Assembly (NCBI GenBank): GCA_002633005.1
Contig: NMRA01000223.1
Span: 342,237 to 406,236 of the forward strand
Direction: 5' to 3'
Source of the DNA: Phoronis australis
Lineage: Eukaryota; Animalia; Phoronida
Length of the DNA: 64,000 nt
The notes under the pieces are model-generated. The model did not search any database. It saw only the letters and a list, made by a program, of their open reading frames with translations, and had not been told where the DNA came from. Positions 29,601 to 41,561 of the stretch are shown here, piece by piece (position 1 is the stretch's first letter; every line of letters begins with the position of its first letter). The position numbers and the translations under genes were made by a program.

Positions 29601-32600
29601 CATTCACCATGAGAAGTCTTAGTAAAGGTTAAAAGAATTCTTTTATTCCTCCTCGTTTGCCAAACATAAGGGAACTGTGTCTTGTGAGCGAGGTAGATAA
29701 ATTCAGCATCTAATTATTAACTTATTCTACATAAAAATAATGGTCAAAGTCGGCAATTTTTCTATTAATCAAAGGCATAAATAACTGAAACTTTAGTCAA
29801 ATGTTGTTTCATGAAATCTCCACAGTAGAAACGAAACCAAGCTAAACATGAACTAAAAATTTCCTAATTTCTATTTTTGTTGAGAAACTTTGAAAAAATG
29901 TATTAACGCCAGTCCAGAACAGGTGAAGAATTACCGTCCGTTTACAAATGGTGAAGGAGACTGGTTATTTTTAAAACATGTGCTCTCTACACATCCTGAG
30001 GAATATTCCATCACCCGAGATTTTAACAGAACTTTCTCGACAGAGTGCGGCAAGTTTACGATTTTATGTCCCAATAAGCGAGGTAATGTGTTCTTTACAT
30101 GTGACCATGAAAACTGAGCTCACTTGCCATGTTTGGAACAGATCCAAGACAGCAACACAAAAATGTTGAGGGTAGCTGTTCCCTTCAATCTCGTTTGATG
30201 TCAACAAAATTAAATATCCAAATTCACCAGGAGGACGATCAAATAGAAAACTCTAAAAAAACTAAAAGCAATTGCCAACATGTGTATTTTTTTAAAAAAT
30301 GCAATACTCATGCATTGCATAATTGTACGATTCATGGCTGTCCGGATAATTACCTGCCAAAAAAAAAATGTTTGCGGCAACTACAACTGATTTCTACTGC
30401 ATGGTACACCTTCACCGGCCCTTCTCAGACCTGGTGATTATTTTCCACTATTTCGCTTTAGTGCATGGGTCAATTCACATGAAATTTTGCACTTATTTTA
30501 GGGTCTATGACCGCGGGAATCGTTTCTCAGATTTTGTATTTTCTCTTGAGCAACGGAGATATTGGCCGTCAAAAAATATATCTTAAGAATAATTATTTTG
30601 ATGATATATTGTTAAGATTACAAATTCGTCACCAGGTGGCAGGTTGACATCACACCAGTAAACTAATCAACTGTAAACAGACACCAGCCCGGGGTGACTG
30701 AGTGCATTCAAGCTCTCAGGACTGACCCACTGCTCCAAAGCCTTGACGACTCCTGACAACCACTCGAGACCCCAGGTCTCTGAAGTACTCAACCAACACT
30801 ATGTTAGAAAAATGTGTAAGACTAGGGCAAATATTTGATCAACAGAAGCTGAAAAAGACTTCAGCCTAGGCCAGATAAGGCCAGTAATGAGCAAATCATA
30901 AACTGGCCGATTATGTACAAGCACCCCCTTGACATTTGGCAATAAATTTCACTGATATTCGCATCAACTGAGTTTCAAATGGTTGCACAAGTCGCAGCAC
31001 CCATCTAGACAAAACAATACAATAACTTGAACCAACTGTCCAGCTGGCAAAACTTAACAATGTTGCTTATATACCCCAGGTAAACAAAGGCTGTTCCTAC
31101 ATCATTGGGAAGCAAATTTGTATTCCACATTATAAAGTTCACCCAAGCTTAAAAAGCCTTGCAAGGTGTGAAAAACAACTCAATACACAACAAATGGTCC
31201 AACCTAGACACGCTCCAGCTGGACCATTCCCCCACATACTTGTGGTCTGCAAAAAATGCTCAAGTTGGCCCTCAATTCAGTTTCACACCCAAACACCATT
31301 CACACAACCTGGGGGCAAAGTGTCAGAATTTTTGAGGTAGGATCTTTTAATATACTTTGTTTGTCTATCACCAGAACAGACAGAGAGAGGTACAAAGACC
31401 AGGCCATGCAGACAAACTCACAAGAGCAGAAAGCCCTGACCCACTTTCTTAACAAGACCCATGTTCCCTTTGTTTCTGAAAGGGCAGCAGTACAAATGCC
31501 AGTTTTTAAAATGACTGGAGAAAAAGCCACATGCCACACTGGTTACCATCCATTATAACAGATTTCTTGATCAAGTTACAAGGAAATACATTAGGAGCAA
31601 GTTATTTTTAAAAATAGTTTTACTACGAAATGAAATGAGGAACACAATCAGTTGAAAAGTAACAATGCCACAAAAGAATGACGCAAGCATTGAAATGTTT
31701 CCGACACCATGCAATTTTATCACGGAAATAATGTAATATTAATTAGAAGTTTAATTTTAACACAAGCCAGGCGTGCTTGGCAAACAATGCAGAAACCTTC
31801 AGAAATCAGAGGTTAGACTTTTTACAGTAAAATCTCCACAATTTCAAACAAAAACAATTGCAAAAATTGATCTTATTTCCAGTTTTTCAAGAGCCTCTAA
31901 CACTGTGAATATCCACAATTTCTTGAAACACTGCCCACCTGAATATAAACCTATTGCATAGAATCTAAAACTGACCACACATTCATTTATTTTTTACATA
32001 TTTGTTCACAACAATTCAAAAAGTTGTACAATCTAAGCACCGTCTTCGTCTTACTCGTCTTTAATGAAAAAAGTCACTTTTTCTGTCATACAGATGAGAT
32101 TTCACTCCAAAAGTTACACCTGATAACGAGTTCACTTAGTGGCAAAAACACAAGCGTTTTCGCAACACTTTCCATAGTAGGAAAAACACCGGTCAGTGTC
32201 AATTTTCCTCACACTTTGAGTTACCCAAAACTGCTGATATTTTCGCTAGCACTTTAGTGGCCAGACCACTTTTTTCAAACGACACACATCGTGGGGGTAA
32301 GAGAGCCTTATCGTCATATTAATCAATTTATGGCAAAGAGTTAACTTTTTGGAGGTGGTGAGGAAACGAAATAACTACTGCCGAAAATGACTGCTTGCGG
32401 ACAGCCATCTCGTTTTTCTGGCTAAATGGCAGTGTTTTCGTTGAGCCCTTCTGCCAATGAAACAGCCAGCGTTTTAGCTGGTCATGTGAACCCAGTACGA
32501 GCCTATGAACAGTTAGTGGCGTCTCACTTCCCTGTGCACAGTTGTAGAAGCACTAGCATCAGTCAGAGCTATTTTTAGCAGGACAAACACAAGTTCTAAA

Positions 32601-35600
32601 GCTCAACTCTTTAGGAGACTGAAATCCTACTGTCTTAAATAAACATTCCATGCCTTTAGAGCTGGAATGAAGTCTGCCTGGACATGGAGTGAAAAGGTAT
32701 GAGACTCCACTATCTCTCGAGGTAACCAGACAGAGAGGAAAGGGGGATGTGGCTACAGATTACAAATGTCTGAGTAATCCTAAATTGTGCAATCCATGAG
32801 AATTTCAAAATTACATGTTCGCTTGAACCATCTAACAAAATACCAACACTTCAAATTAAAACAAATTTAAACAGAATGGCAATTTTAGTTACTTACAAGG
32901 TCCCGCATTTTGAGAACCAGTTTTCTGCATTGGATAATGGACATCAAACTAGTTCTCAAACTCCGGGGACACCTATATGTGACTACTGCCACACCATTTC
33001 ACATATACTCCACTCTGTAAAATTTGGAGATGTTGACAGGTACCTGCTGTTAGAATATTAAGTAAGCTGCACCAACTATGGCTCCATCACCATAGGCACA
33101 GTAAAGTGTTGTGTGGTTAGGAATGAGGGCGATTCTATGACGAATACGATAACTTCGAAGCAAGTGATGAACAGTTTGAATTCAAAATAAAGAAATGGGA
33201 TCTTGGTTATTCGGGTCAGAGACTAAAACATTTACAATTAAAACTTTTTTCAACTTGACAACAATTTTATTGAGGTGGTTGACCTGTCTAAAAAGGGTTA
33301 TGTAGGACCCTAAAAATGTCCCAAATTCAGCTAACTTCGGAACACCATACCTCAGAGATGGCAGAACGGAATTACATGAAACCTTCAGATACTAACCTAA
33401 AGTTTTATGCAGTATTCTCCAAAACAGGAATTGTTTTCAAATTGGTCCATTCTTGAAGCAGCGCTATCAAAATCTAGGATTTAAATGAAAAAATGAAGTT
33501 GTAGGAAACTTAACGAAATGATGACTAAGAAAACTGTAACAGCATTTTTGAGATTTCATCATGAATACATCTAACGAAATTTGGTTACGTAATTGATAAG
33601 TTGTTTTGCTATTATGACTACAGTCACTGCCCCTTCCCTTTTGTGAAGTCACGTTCCACAGGTTTCCTGTTTTTAGAAAATATGCACTTTTTCTCTGAGT
33701 TAATTCTATCATTTTGTAAATATTTGCCTGAATGCACAGGCTTGAGGATACATAACCTTAATTTATCAACCAGTGCAAGCTTATGTAGAGCAAGGCGTTG
33801 CCTTATTGTGACAGCTTCATCTCCTGAGAATGACTGGGTCAGAAGACACTGACTGAAGGTTACTGACACAGACAGAATCAGCTGAGGGATTTGTGGCTCA
33901 ATACACTGATTGGATTGAAGAAAATTAACAGTGAACATTCTTTAATTTGAAGTCTGGAGTACAGTCAACTAACCACAGTAGTACTCATGAAATGAAGGTT
34001 CCAAGCAGGCAACTAAAGGTATAGCCCCAGCTAGAGACTCAAATCTCTTTAAAATTTAGTAGTCATTGCCGCTAACTTGATTTACAAAATTCCAATTTAA
34101 AGTTTGCTTGGCCTATAGCTAATTAGCACTGCATGAGAATTCATGTCATAGGTCAGTTCAACAGTTCCACAACAGCAGAGTACTCTTCCTTTCTCAAGAT
34201 CCTGGGACACATTCTTTTTATCACAAAAACTGCCCTAGTGAGCTGTTGTTGTCTATCTTATTTTGCGTCATAATTCTTTATTCATGACTCACAGCTACTG
34301 TGCTATTCATTTTCATACGCTAGACCAAGATTCCAAGCCTCTACAAGCCAATACAGGCTTCTTCTAAATAAACTGCAGTTCATGTGAAAAGCAATTTTAT
34401 AAGACAAGAGTGACAGTGTGAGGGGAATTCAACTAGCGAAAAAAAAAGAGCTTTCTTCATGAGAAAAGGAATACTTAAGTGAAAACGGCCTTGCAGTTCG
34501 TGAGGGAGAAAGATTGGGTAACAATCTCTTGCAGGGGGTGCTGCATTTTGAGAACCAGTTTTCTCCACTGAATAACAAACATCAAACTGGTTCTCATAGT
34601 CAGGACCCATCTTTATGAAAACTGCCAAAGTTTGCCTCGCCTCCTGAGACAACCAGCAACATGCTAAGGTAAAACCTCAGGCCATAAAAAGTAAAATATT
34701 TTAACAGACATATGTCAGCACTTTGTCATGGTAGGAGCACTATCACAAGGCACTTGACAGATTCTTCCCAGGCAGTCTTTTTGAATGAACAGGACTTTTT
34801 ATGAATGGGCCTTGTCACTTTACTCATTTCAAAACAAACAAGTGTTGACAGACAGAATTGTGGATAATGAAAGAGCAGAGAATGCAGTTTTGTTACCAGA
34901 TGAGCTGTCTAGCAAACACTGTCAGAGAAGTGATAGAAGCGCAAACAGCATGGTTGGGTCATGTGACAGTCCCCCCCTCCTCCCCTGGGAGAACGTCAAC
35001 AGAGAATTGATGGACACGCACGGTGCACGCTTGTAATCAAACAAAATTTTCATGAAAACAACAATATGATCTTTTAAAGAATTATACGTTCATCCTCTAC
35101 ACCACTCGATTCTGCATCGCAAAGACGCAAACATTTTCAGGTGGATGTAAGGACTTACGAGTTTCAAAGCCACAGTTTTTTGCAAGTCTATAACCAACTG
35201 TTTGAAAACTCACATTCTCAAGTTAAATGTTACAAAAGAGTGATCAGTGTCTCTTCTAAGTACATGAATTCACGGTAGAAAACACGATTACGTAGTTGAC
35301 CGAGATGCTGTACAAATTTCGCGATATGTAGGCACTTGATAGGCAGATTATAGGAACAGAGTATATCACATGCAGTATGACCCACGTCTGCATTTTCACA
35401 ATGATAAACCCTGGCAGCAGTAATAATAGTTATAAATTACAAACTGTTGTGAAAGACTGCAATAAAAACTGCTCTTTTAGCTACTTAAAGGGAAATTATC
35501 AGTTTTACTGCCGAAAAACGCATTTTTGGGATTACAGTTGGACGGGACAGAGTGCTAGAAGTTTTTAACTTTGACCAGACCTGTAAAACAACAAAAACTG

Positions 35601-38600
35601 TTGTTTTTGTAATGTTTGTAATTTTGTTTTTTTCGCCAAATTCCTGCTGTTGTCGATGCCAGTGATTTAACCAGTTAAACACACTGTTGTTGACCTGGTA
35701 AGACTTACGCTGTAAGAAGAGCGTCAGAGTGCGACCACCAGGGTACGGAGGTTCGAATCTGTATCGATACTGATCTAAAACAATTATTTTTCTCCCTAAT
35801 GATGTCCCTTTAAGGGACTGACCATGAAATGCAACAGAAACATAATCAGTGCTCAATCACTGACATGCCTGGTTTGAAAACGAAAACTTCCCCTTCCTGC
35901 CAATGAAAAAATGCTGAAAATGCATGATTCCGAGAACGCTTTTGATAAAACCACAAAAGAAACAGACAATTCCAAATTAACCGTTTTCATATTTGTGGTC
36001 AGTGTTAATGCCAAAGCCTGTCTCTGCCAGAAATGATTCATCCTTCATTATAACAAAATCCGAATTATTATCGGAAATAGTTATACAACCTGGTATCTTC
36101 TGATAAGTTTTTTTGATCAGGCATTCTCAAAACTACTACATTAAAATAGAAAGATGTAGAAGTGCCAGAACACACCTGCCAAAAACTGTGAAATTGCACA
36201 AAAAGGCAACTAGGACAAAAGGCTATAAGTTTCAGCTATATTGTCCCCTAGAAATACATCAAAACTTGGCAAACTTAAGGAACATTTCTCAGAAACAGGT
36301 GATCAAATTTATACGAAACTTTCACATACTATATGCTTTATATTTTACGAAACTGTAAGCAATTGTTTTTGTTCCACTTTTGTGTGAGCGGCAATAATAT
36401 GACTTTTTGTAAATTTATGGAAAAAACAAGTTCTGTTATAAATTGAAAACAAAATTGACGACTTTGAAAACTGTAACAGCACTTTTGAGATATCATCTTG
36501 AACAGTAACATCGAACGAAATTTGGTCCGATTATCGATGCCCTTGTTTTGCCACAAATGCACCTCGCTTCTTTTGCCAAATTTTACCATAAGCAATGGCC
36601 ACGTGAACTCAAAAATCAAATTCTCAGGACTTTTTACGATAAGATCTTGCACAACCTTTACACGATCTCATGTAGCAATTTAACTGATAATGGCTGCGCT
36701 TCAGTATTCTGCGGTGAAAAATTGTCAAACCTGTCATCTTTCAATTCTGTGTACTACAAACCAGGCAAACTAACTGATAAAAGAAGACGTGTTCTTTTGT
36801 TGAGAAATGCGACAAAATAAAATTCCACTATTTCCGCTTATTTTGAACACGCTTCATGAGTCAGGTGTACAGTAAATACATTTTTATACAAATAATAGAA
36901 ACAAACTCAATCACTGTGACTGGATAAACAGCCGACAGCGCAATTGATTTGTTCACAAAACCAATACAGGCTGCTGCAACAAACGCCCAGGTAATTATTA
37001 CGTTAAACAAAAGGCAAGGGTGGACTATGTAATGAAGAAATCAATCACACCTCCATCACCAATAGATGAGTACACACCAGTGACCTGTTAATTACACAGA
37101 AATAAATATGTTACATAATATAATTAGGCACCTTACACAATATGTTGCATAATGTGAAGAGCAGCAATACCAGACAGAAATAGTCCTTATAACAGTAGAT
37201 CCTGGTTTCACAGCAACCCCTGATCTATTTCCAAGACCGCAGTTGGTCGTAGCCAGCCTACATCCATCACAAAATCAACCAGGCATTCTCTCTCTACAAC
37301 TGTGTTGCTTTGCTCATCAGCAAATTCTTTTACAGAACTGTCCGAGCATTTTCACACTTTTCTTACGTCATTCCTTGTTGTTTTTGAGAAAATACCACTG
37401 TTCGCGCAATAATGCTCGTGCGGTGCACTGGTTGGTGAAGGAAGAGAATTCAATACAATGTCCACTTTATGTTACATCTAGTACCAAATCAACAAGTCGA
37501 TAAAAGTATGTTTTCCGAATTACAAAGACTGTAGCATTCGATTTTGGACTTCATATCAATCTGCCGTGAATTAGGTCACATGACCAAGTTTTTAGTAGCT
37601 TATCAAAACAGTTACACTAACACCACAACAACCGTATCAATAACATGACCAAATTTCATTTCATATAAAAGTTCAAGAATAATTGTAAAAACGGTGCTAC
37701 AGTTTTCTAAATTATTTTGTTTTCATTTTATGTAACTTTTCCCATAAAAATCATTCACGTTTTATTTTTCGGTAGCCCCTCATGCAAAAGTGGGACATTA
37801 CAAAGACAATTCCTGATACGGTATTGAAGAACACTACAGACCAGGTAAAGCATAGTATCCTGAAAGTTTCATATGAAACCGCTCAACCATTTCATAAACC
37901 TGATGTTCCACTCTTCAGAGGTCCTACAAAATTTACGATACTGGCTAGCGAGCAGGTAAATATCACACGTCCCCATTTTACCAGTTCCAGCTACGCCATT
38001 GTTATTACCGTACCTACTTTTAATTATTCAAAGACTCTCCCTCACTTTCGTGAACTTTCCCCAAGACATCTAATAAATTTTTCACCGCCTCTCAATACCA
38101 ACGTCAAAATACCAGACAAAACCTAAGGTCTGTAACCCAAAGGTAGTTTTAAGCATTAAATAACAGTTTTGCTCATCATTGCTCATCAACTGAAGGTAGG
38201 AATGTTGATAGTGATGGGCCAGGGCACAATCTAGTTACAGCCTATCAGCATTCCATCCTGGATTAAATCCCACTCAAGATCACTGACATGTTCAAGAAAA
38301 CCCGTCAATTTACACAAAATTTCCAAACAATTTGAACTATTTATGGGAAGTAATTCATGCAAAGTAATGACTGCTGGGTCGATCATTTTAACCTCGTTTT
38401 TGCAAAATTTTCACGTGAACAAGTGAAAGAATAAACAGTTACTGTCGCTAGCCACCAATTAACCCTACCTACCTACGTTAGTCAATCAGAATGTTTTCTG
38501 CTGATGAAGTGACTGTGTTCACATAGATGAATTTAGGGTCCCTCCCTCCAAAGGCAACCGAAGAAAAAGAAAATGAGAAAAGCTGCAGCAAGACCGACAA

Positions 38601-41051
38601 TCTTTCTTAAAAATATATATGATTTGCGCTTGGACACCCACCTTCACAGCACCCTAATCGGCTAGTGGTCATTAAGTACAGTAATATTAGTGGTATTGTC
38701 AATACTTGTAGAAGCACAGAAATCGCTCATAAAAGTTAAGGCCAAGTTTGAAGGGCAGTAAGTAGTCAAAATCAAAATGTTAACTAACATTTCCATGTCA
38801 AAACTATTAATGAATTCATAGAATGCCAATTATCTGGGCACAAATGAAACATTACATCCCCCACAACCACCCCTACCCCCACGGTTCCACCTCAACATCC
38901 AATATGCTCCTACGCTAAAGTTCATTTCAAGTCATGACTAGACATAAAAGTACTACCTAATTGAAACATCTGCGTCTATTTTGTCAAATATCTACAAAAA
39001 ACTAGGTTTAACTCTGAAAGCAGAAAACCTACAGAATTTGAATCTTTTAACCAATCTATCATTGATTGGGTCGTGTTACCATGTATCTTAAATAATGAAA
39101 TTTAGGAGAAAAGCAAGGTACACTGACAGCAAAACTACGTGCCAATAACATAACCAAATTTCATTTAATAGTACACGTTCAAGAGAAAATCTCAGAAACA
39201 TTTCTTAATTATTTCGTTTTCATTTTATGCAACTTCTTTCTAGGAAAACATAAAATTACTACTCCAATTTTTGATGTGCAAAATGTAAAACTTTGAAAAC
39301 AATTCCAATTGGAGACCAGTGCAGCATTAGAAAATTTCGCAAAATCCGAACAGCTATTTCTGAGTCTTGATGTTCTGATGCCGAATATCGAAACTTTTCT
39401 CAATAATCCAACAAGTTTGCTTTGTTTGCAGCGTAGTGTATATCAACATGAACATGAAATATGTTGAATTATAATTATCAATACTGCAAGCATTATCACA
39501 TGTCAACACCTTACCATAAATTCATGCTCCCTGAATTTCATCAACCAAAATGATTAAATCTGGAATTTCAAGCTTGCATAGCTGACAGCTGNCCCCCCAT
39601 CCCGGTTAAAAAATTTAGAGAGGAACTACATCAATCCAACACATACACTTTGCCACTGGTTCTACGTACAGAAATAATAATTTCACATACAGCATTATTT
39701 GTTCTTGTCTGCGCCTAACTCATTTTAATATGTGGTTTTCACTGTTTAAAGAAATAGGAAGGATTCCAGTAACAGTCGGATATAACGTGCCCACATTTTG
39801 AGAACCAGTTTTCTACACTGAATTACAGGGCATCAACTGGTTCTCAAAACATGGGCACATTATATCCCACAAGGTGACACGGGGAAAGGTGAAGGATCCC
39901 AACCCATTTCAGCTGACATCTGGTGACGCACGGAGTACTAAGGTAAAAAACAAAAATACCAACCCATTTCATCTAACATAAGGTAACTTCGTTTTTTTAT
40001 AACACATGGACATCTTAAAAAATACATCACTGCATTAATTTTATAAACAACCACAGACCAAACCAGTTCTGCTATTTACTCTGTCTTTACTGACCACATT
40101 TCACTAGTCATACGTGGCAACGTCTATTTTCATCTTACTTTAACTCATCACTTGACCACAAAAACTGTAAGATCTAAGTAAATCGAGGAAGAACCTGTTT
40201 TTAAACCAGACAATGCCCCTTTAACCAATGTTTGTACTTTGCATAGTTTCCAAACGTTTTCTAAACTACCAGAATAATTATGGAAAAGGACACTTGGTAT
40301 GCAAATGCACCATGTAGACACTGTTTAAAAAATGAACTAAGAACACCAAAGCACTGCCTTGAGTCAATGAACTATTCTCACAATCTTGCAAATGTGGAAT
40401 CACAAAGTCAATTAGCATGATATTTATCAGAAGACCATTGGATGACCACTTCTTCGTCCAGGCCTACAGCTGAAAAGGTTGAGTTTTCAGACGATGGTAG
40501 GCCTACTGTCTAGAGACTCAGGCGTTACTCAGATTGATTCACTAATAGTCAGGTTCTCAAAATATGGGGCAACCAAACAAAACTTTTCACATAATATGTG
40601 ACAGACGTAACTTCTTAACATGCCGAGTCTCCAATACAGAAAATGAGAATTAAAATTGTCAACATTGACATTCTCGTCAAGAGAAAACAGTCCGCCAATG
40701 TCACTCAGTAGTCGGTCCAAGGCTTCGTCACTGATCAAGTCCGTTTGGTTTAGGCCTAACAGAAAATTCGTATTTCACTAGGCAACGCGTTTCTGTCATG
40801 ATAGTCGGAGACTTGGTACCGGACACTTCTGTCGAAACACTTTATTTGATTAAATATAAATTATGCAACTAAACATGCTGGTTTGATGAATGAGTGGTTG
40901 TAAAACTTGTACGCGTTGGTTACCTGTCGCGCGGATCAACCCATGTCGTTTTCTGAGTGTTATGGTCTATGAAAAACACTTTCCCGTCATGGTCGAGTCC
41001 CTCCTCCCAGCCGTTTGGTAGGGAAAACTCCCCACTTCTCTGCTTTGGCAT
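5129..41051 (-). CDS. WWC1: KIBRA/WWC Hippo-pathway scaffold (2 WW domains, coiled coils, C2 domain, aPKC-binding region), 21 coding exons, 3696 nt, about 1231 aa
   Basis: Exons: 41051-40924, 29447-29338, 26126-26032, 24717-24618, 19142-18986, 18422-18176, 17613-17300, 16661-16572, 14472-13618, 12743-12657, 12145-11965, 11176-11015, 10753-10647, 10249-10131, 9637-9534, 8682-8449, 7958-7866, 7485-7326, 6841-6768, 5894-5767, 5279-5129. All are GT-AG with matching phases. Hallmark motifs: [49 protein letters not shown]. Confidence 0.96.
5767..5894 (-). CDS. WWC1: KIBRA exon 20
   Basis: [42 protein letters not shown]. Confidence 0.85.
6768..6841 (-). CDS. WWC1: KIBRA exon 19
   Basis: [25 protein letters not shown]. 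Confidence 0.88.
7326..7485 (-). CDS. WWC1: KIBRA exon 18
   Basis: RNLPK...[40 protein letters not shown]. Confidence 0.92.
7866..7958 (-). CDS. WWC1: KIBRA exon 17 (aPKC-binding region)
   Basis: [31 protein letters not shown]. Confidence 0.93.
8449..8682 (-). CDS. WWC1: KIBRA exon 16
   Basis: NFQVPQ...DKETNTE...VRRSQTFSP...YVCK. Confidence 0.88.
9534..9637 (-). CDS. WWC1: KIBRA exon 15
   Basis: [34 protein letters not shown]; tttgcag acceptor, GTGAGT donor. Confidence 0.8.
9785..9862. repeat. 22-bp minisatellite, about 3.5 units
   Basis: tgattgacaggcaattgtagtc / tgattgacaagtaactgcagta / tgattgacaggtaactgtattc. Confidence 0.75.
10131..10249 (-). CDS. WWC1: KIBRA exon 14
   Basis: [39 protein letters not shown] (motif typical of invertebrate Kibra). 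Confidence 0.88.
10647..10753 (-). CDS. WWC1: KIBRA exon 13
   Basis: [35 protein letters not shown]; needed for phase continuity. Confidence 0.8.
11015..11176 (-). CDS. WWC1: KIBRA exon 12 (C2 end)
   Basis: [24 protein letters not shown]... Confidence 0.88.
11965..12145 (-). CDS. WWC1: KIBRA exon 11 (C2)
   Basis: [10 protein letters not shown]...[21 protein letters not shown]. Confidence 0.9.
12657..12743 (-). CDS. WWC1: KIBRA exon 10 (C2 domain start)
   Basis: [28 protein letters not shown]. Confidence 0.88.
13618..14472 (-). CDS. WWC1: KIBRA exon 9 (Ser-rich, complete copy)
   Basis: [38 protein letters not shown]...[15 protein letters not shown]...QIQLKL. Confidence 0.93.
14870..15792. 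repeat. Tandem duplicate of 13959-14868 (partial KIBRA exon 9 plus intron); probable uncollapsed haplotype
   Basis: Starts right after the single N at 14869; 911-bp offset; only scattered SNPs and one small indel. Confidence 0.9.
16572..16661 (-). CDS. WWC1: KIBRA exon 8
   Basis: [29 protein letters not shown]; phases match neighbours. Confidence 0.9.
17300..17613 (-). CDS. WWC1: KIBRA exon 7 (coiled coil)
   Basis: [22 protein letters not shown]...[19 protein letters not shown]...SNRQIAN. Confidence 0.92.
18176..18422 (-). CDS. WWC1: KIBRA exon 6
   Basis: VSEKMLGQQ...[23 protein letters not shown]...SQTDLSGE. Confidence 0.92.
18986..19142 (-). CDS. WWC1: KIBRA exon 5
   Basis: [51 protein letters not shown] (not in the ORF track). 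Confidence 0.92.
23291..23627. mobile_element. TTAA-flanked MITE (Kolobok-like termini)
   Basis: TTAA|AGGGACATTGTTGGC ... GCCAATAATGTCCCT|TTAA; 15-bp TIR with 1 mismatch. Confidence 0.75.
24618..24717 (-). CDS. WWC1: KIBRA exon 4
   Basis: [33 protein letters not shown]; donor GTAAGT. Confidence 0.92.
24737..24767. repeat. (TAAA)n microsatellite just upstream of the KIBRA exon 4 acceptor
   Basis: Direct observation. Confidence 0.8.
26032..26126 (-). CDS. WWC1: KIBRA exon 3
   Basis: [31 protein letters not shown]; donor GTGAGT. Confidence 0.92.
26650..26688. repeat. (GT)n microsatellite
   Basis: Direct observation. Confidence 0.9.
27761..27838. repeat. 26-bp direct repeat
   Basis: gaaatcaatacaagacggatccaaaa occurs twice, 52 bp apart. 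Confidence 0.75.
29338..29447 (-). CDS. WWC1: KIBRA exon 2 (WW2)
   Basis: [36 protein letters not shown]; ttgcag acceptor, GTAAGT donor. Confidence 0.95.
35489..35809. mobile_element. TTAA-flanked MITE, same family as 23291-23627
   Basis: TTAA|AGGGA...TGTCCCT|TTAA; internal colinear similarity to the first copy. Confidence 0.65.
39778..39867. repeat. Dispersed 80-90 bp hairpin repeat (best copy)
   Basis: 33-bp inverted arms around GAGAACCAGTT/AACTGGTTCTC; other copies at about 3828-3903, 32899-32970 and 34534-34608. Confidence 0.75.
40924..41051 (-). CDS. WWC1: KIBRA exon 1 (WW1)
   Basis: [42 protein letters not shown](R); donor AG|GTAACC. Confidence 0.95.
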
Positions 41052-41150
41052 ATTTCATCCAAACTGCAGCGAAATACTCCATGAAAACATCACAGTTTTG
41101 TATCAGCGCTTCGATCCACCATTTTGAATTGCTTCTATTATCATACGGAC

Positions 41151-41281
41151 ACATTCCTTGGTGACGTCAAAGGTGAATTATAAGGTCCCTGGTTTCAACC
41201 AATAGGAACGCTGGAAATTTTGTTGTACATTTCTAACACAGGGACAGGAATGCAATTAACATGACAAAATGCTTGCATTCT
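41151..41281 (-). promoter_or_regulatory. KIBRA proximal promoter motifs
   Basis: ACATTCC 41151, TGACGTCA (CRE) 41162, CCAAT 41199, GGAATGC 41247 and GCATTCT 41275, all 100-230 bp upstream of the ATG. Confidence 0.5.
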
Positions 41282-41561
41282 TGTGTTAGTGGCTGTTCAA
41301 ATATTTGACTGCGCGCCCTGCTGTAATTTGAAAGAGACAAATCTCTCGCCATCTATTGGATATTTTTTGAATGAGTGTGCTTGAGGTGTGTAAGAAAACC
41401 AAAGAAACGATATCGAAGTGCGAAACAGGTAAGGAACGGTTAGATAAAACATGGGCATTGTTGTCATGGTACCGGACCTGCTGTTGGCATTACCTTCTGT
41501 ACAAATCAGAACGTATCATATTTTTCATTCTGAAATCAAAGTTTTTCACTTAGTCTCTTTA

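Noticed and set aside
39592-39592. Single-N contig join
   Set aside because: No flanking duplication seen, unlike at 14869 and 45368
40529-40756. Protein-like ORF ([13 protein letters not shown]...) with an acceptor just after KIBRA exon 1
   Set aside because: Splicing from exon 1 gives another frame with an early TGA; no clear donor
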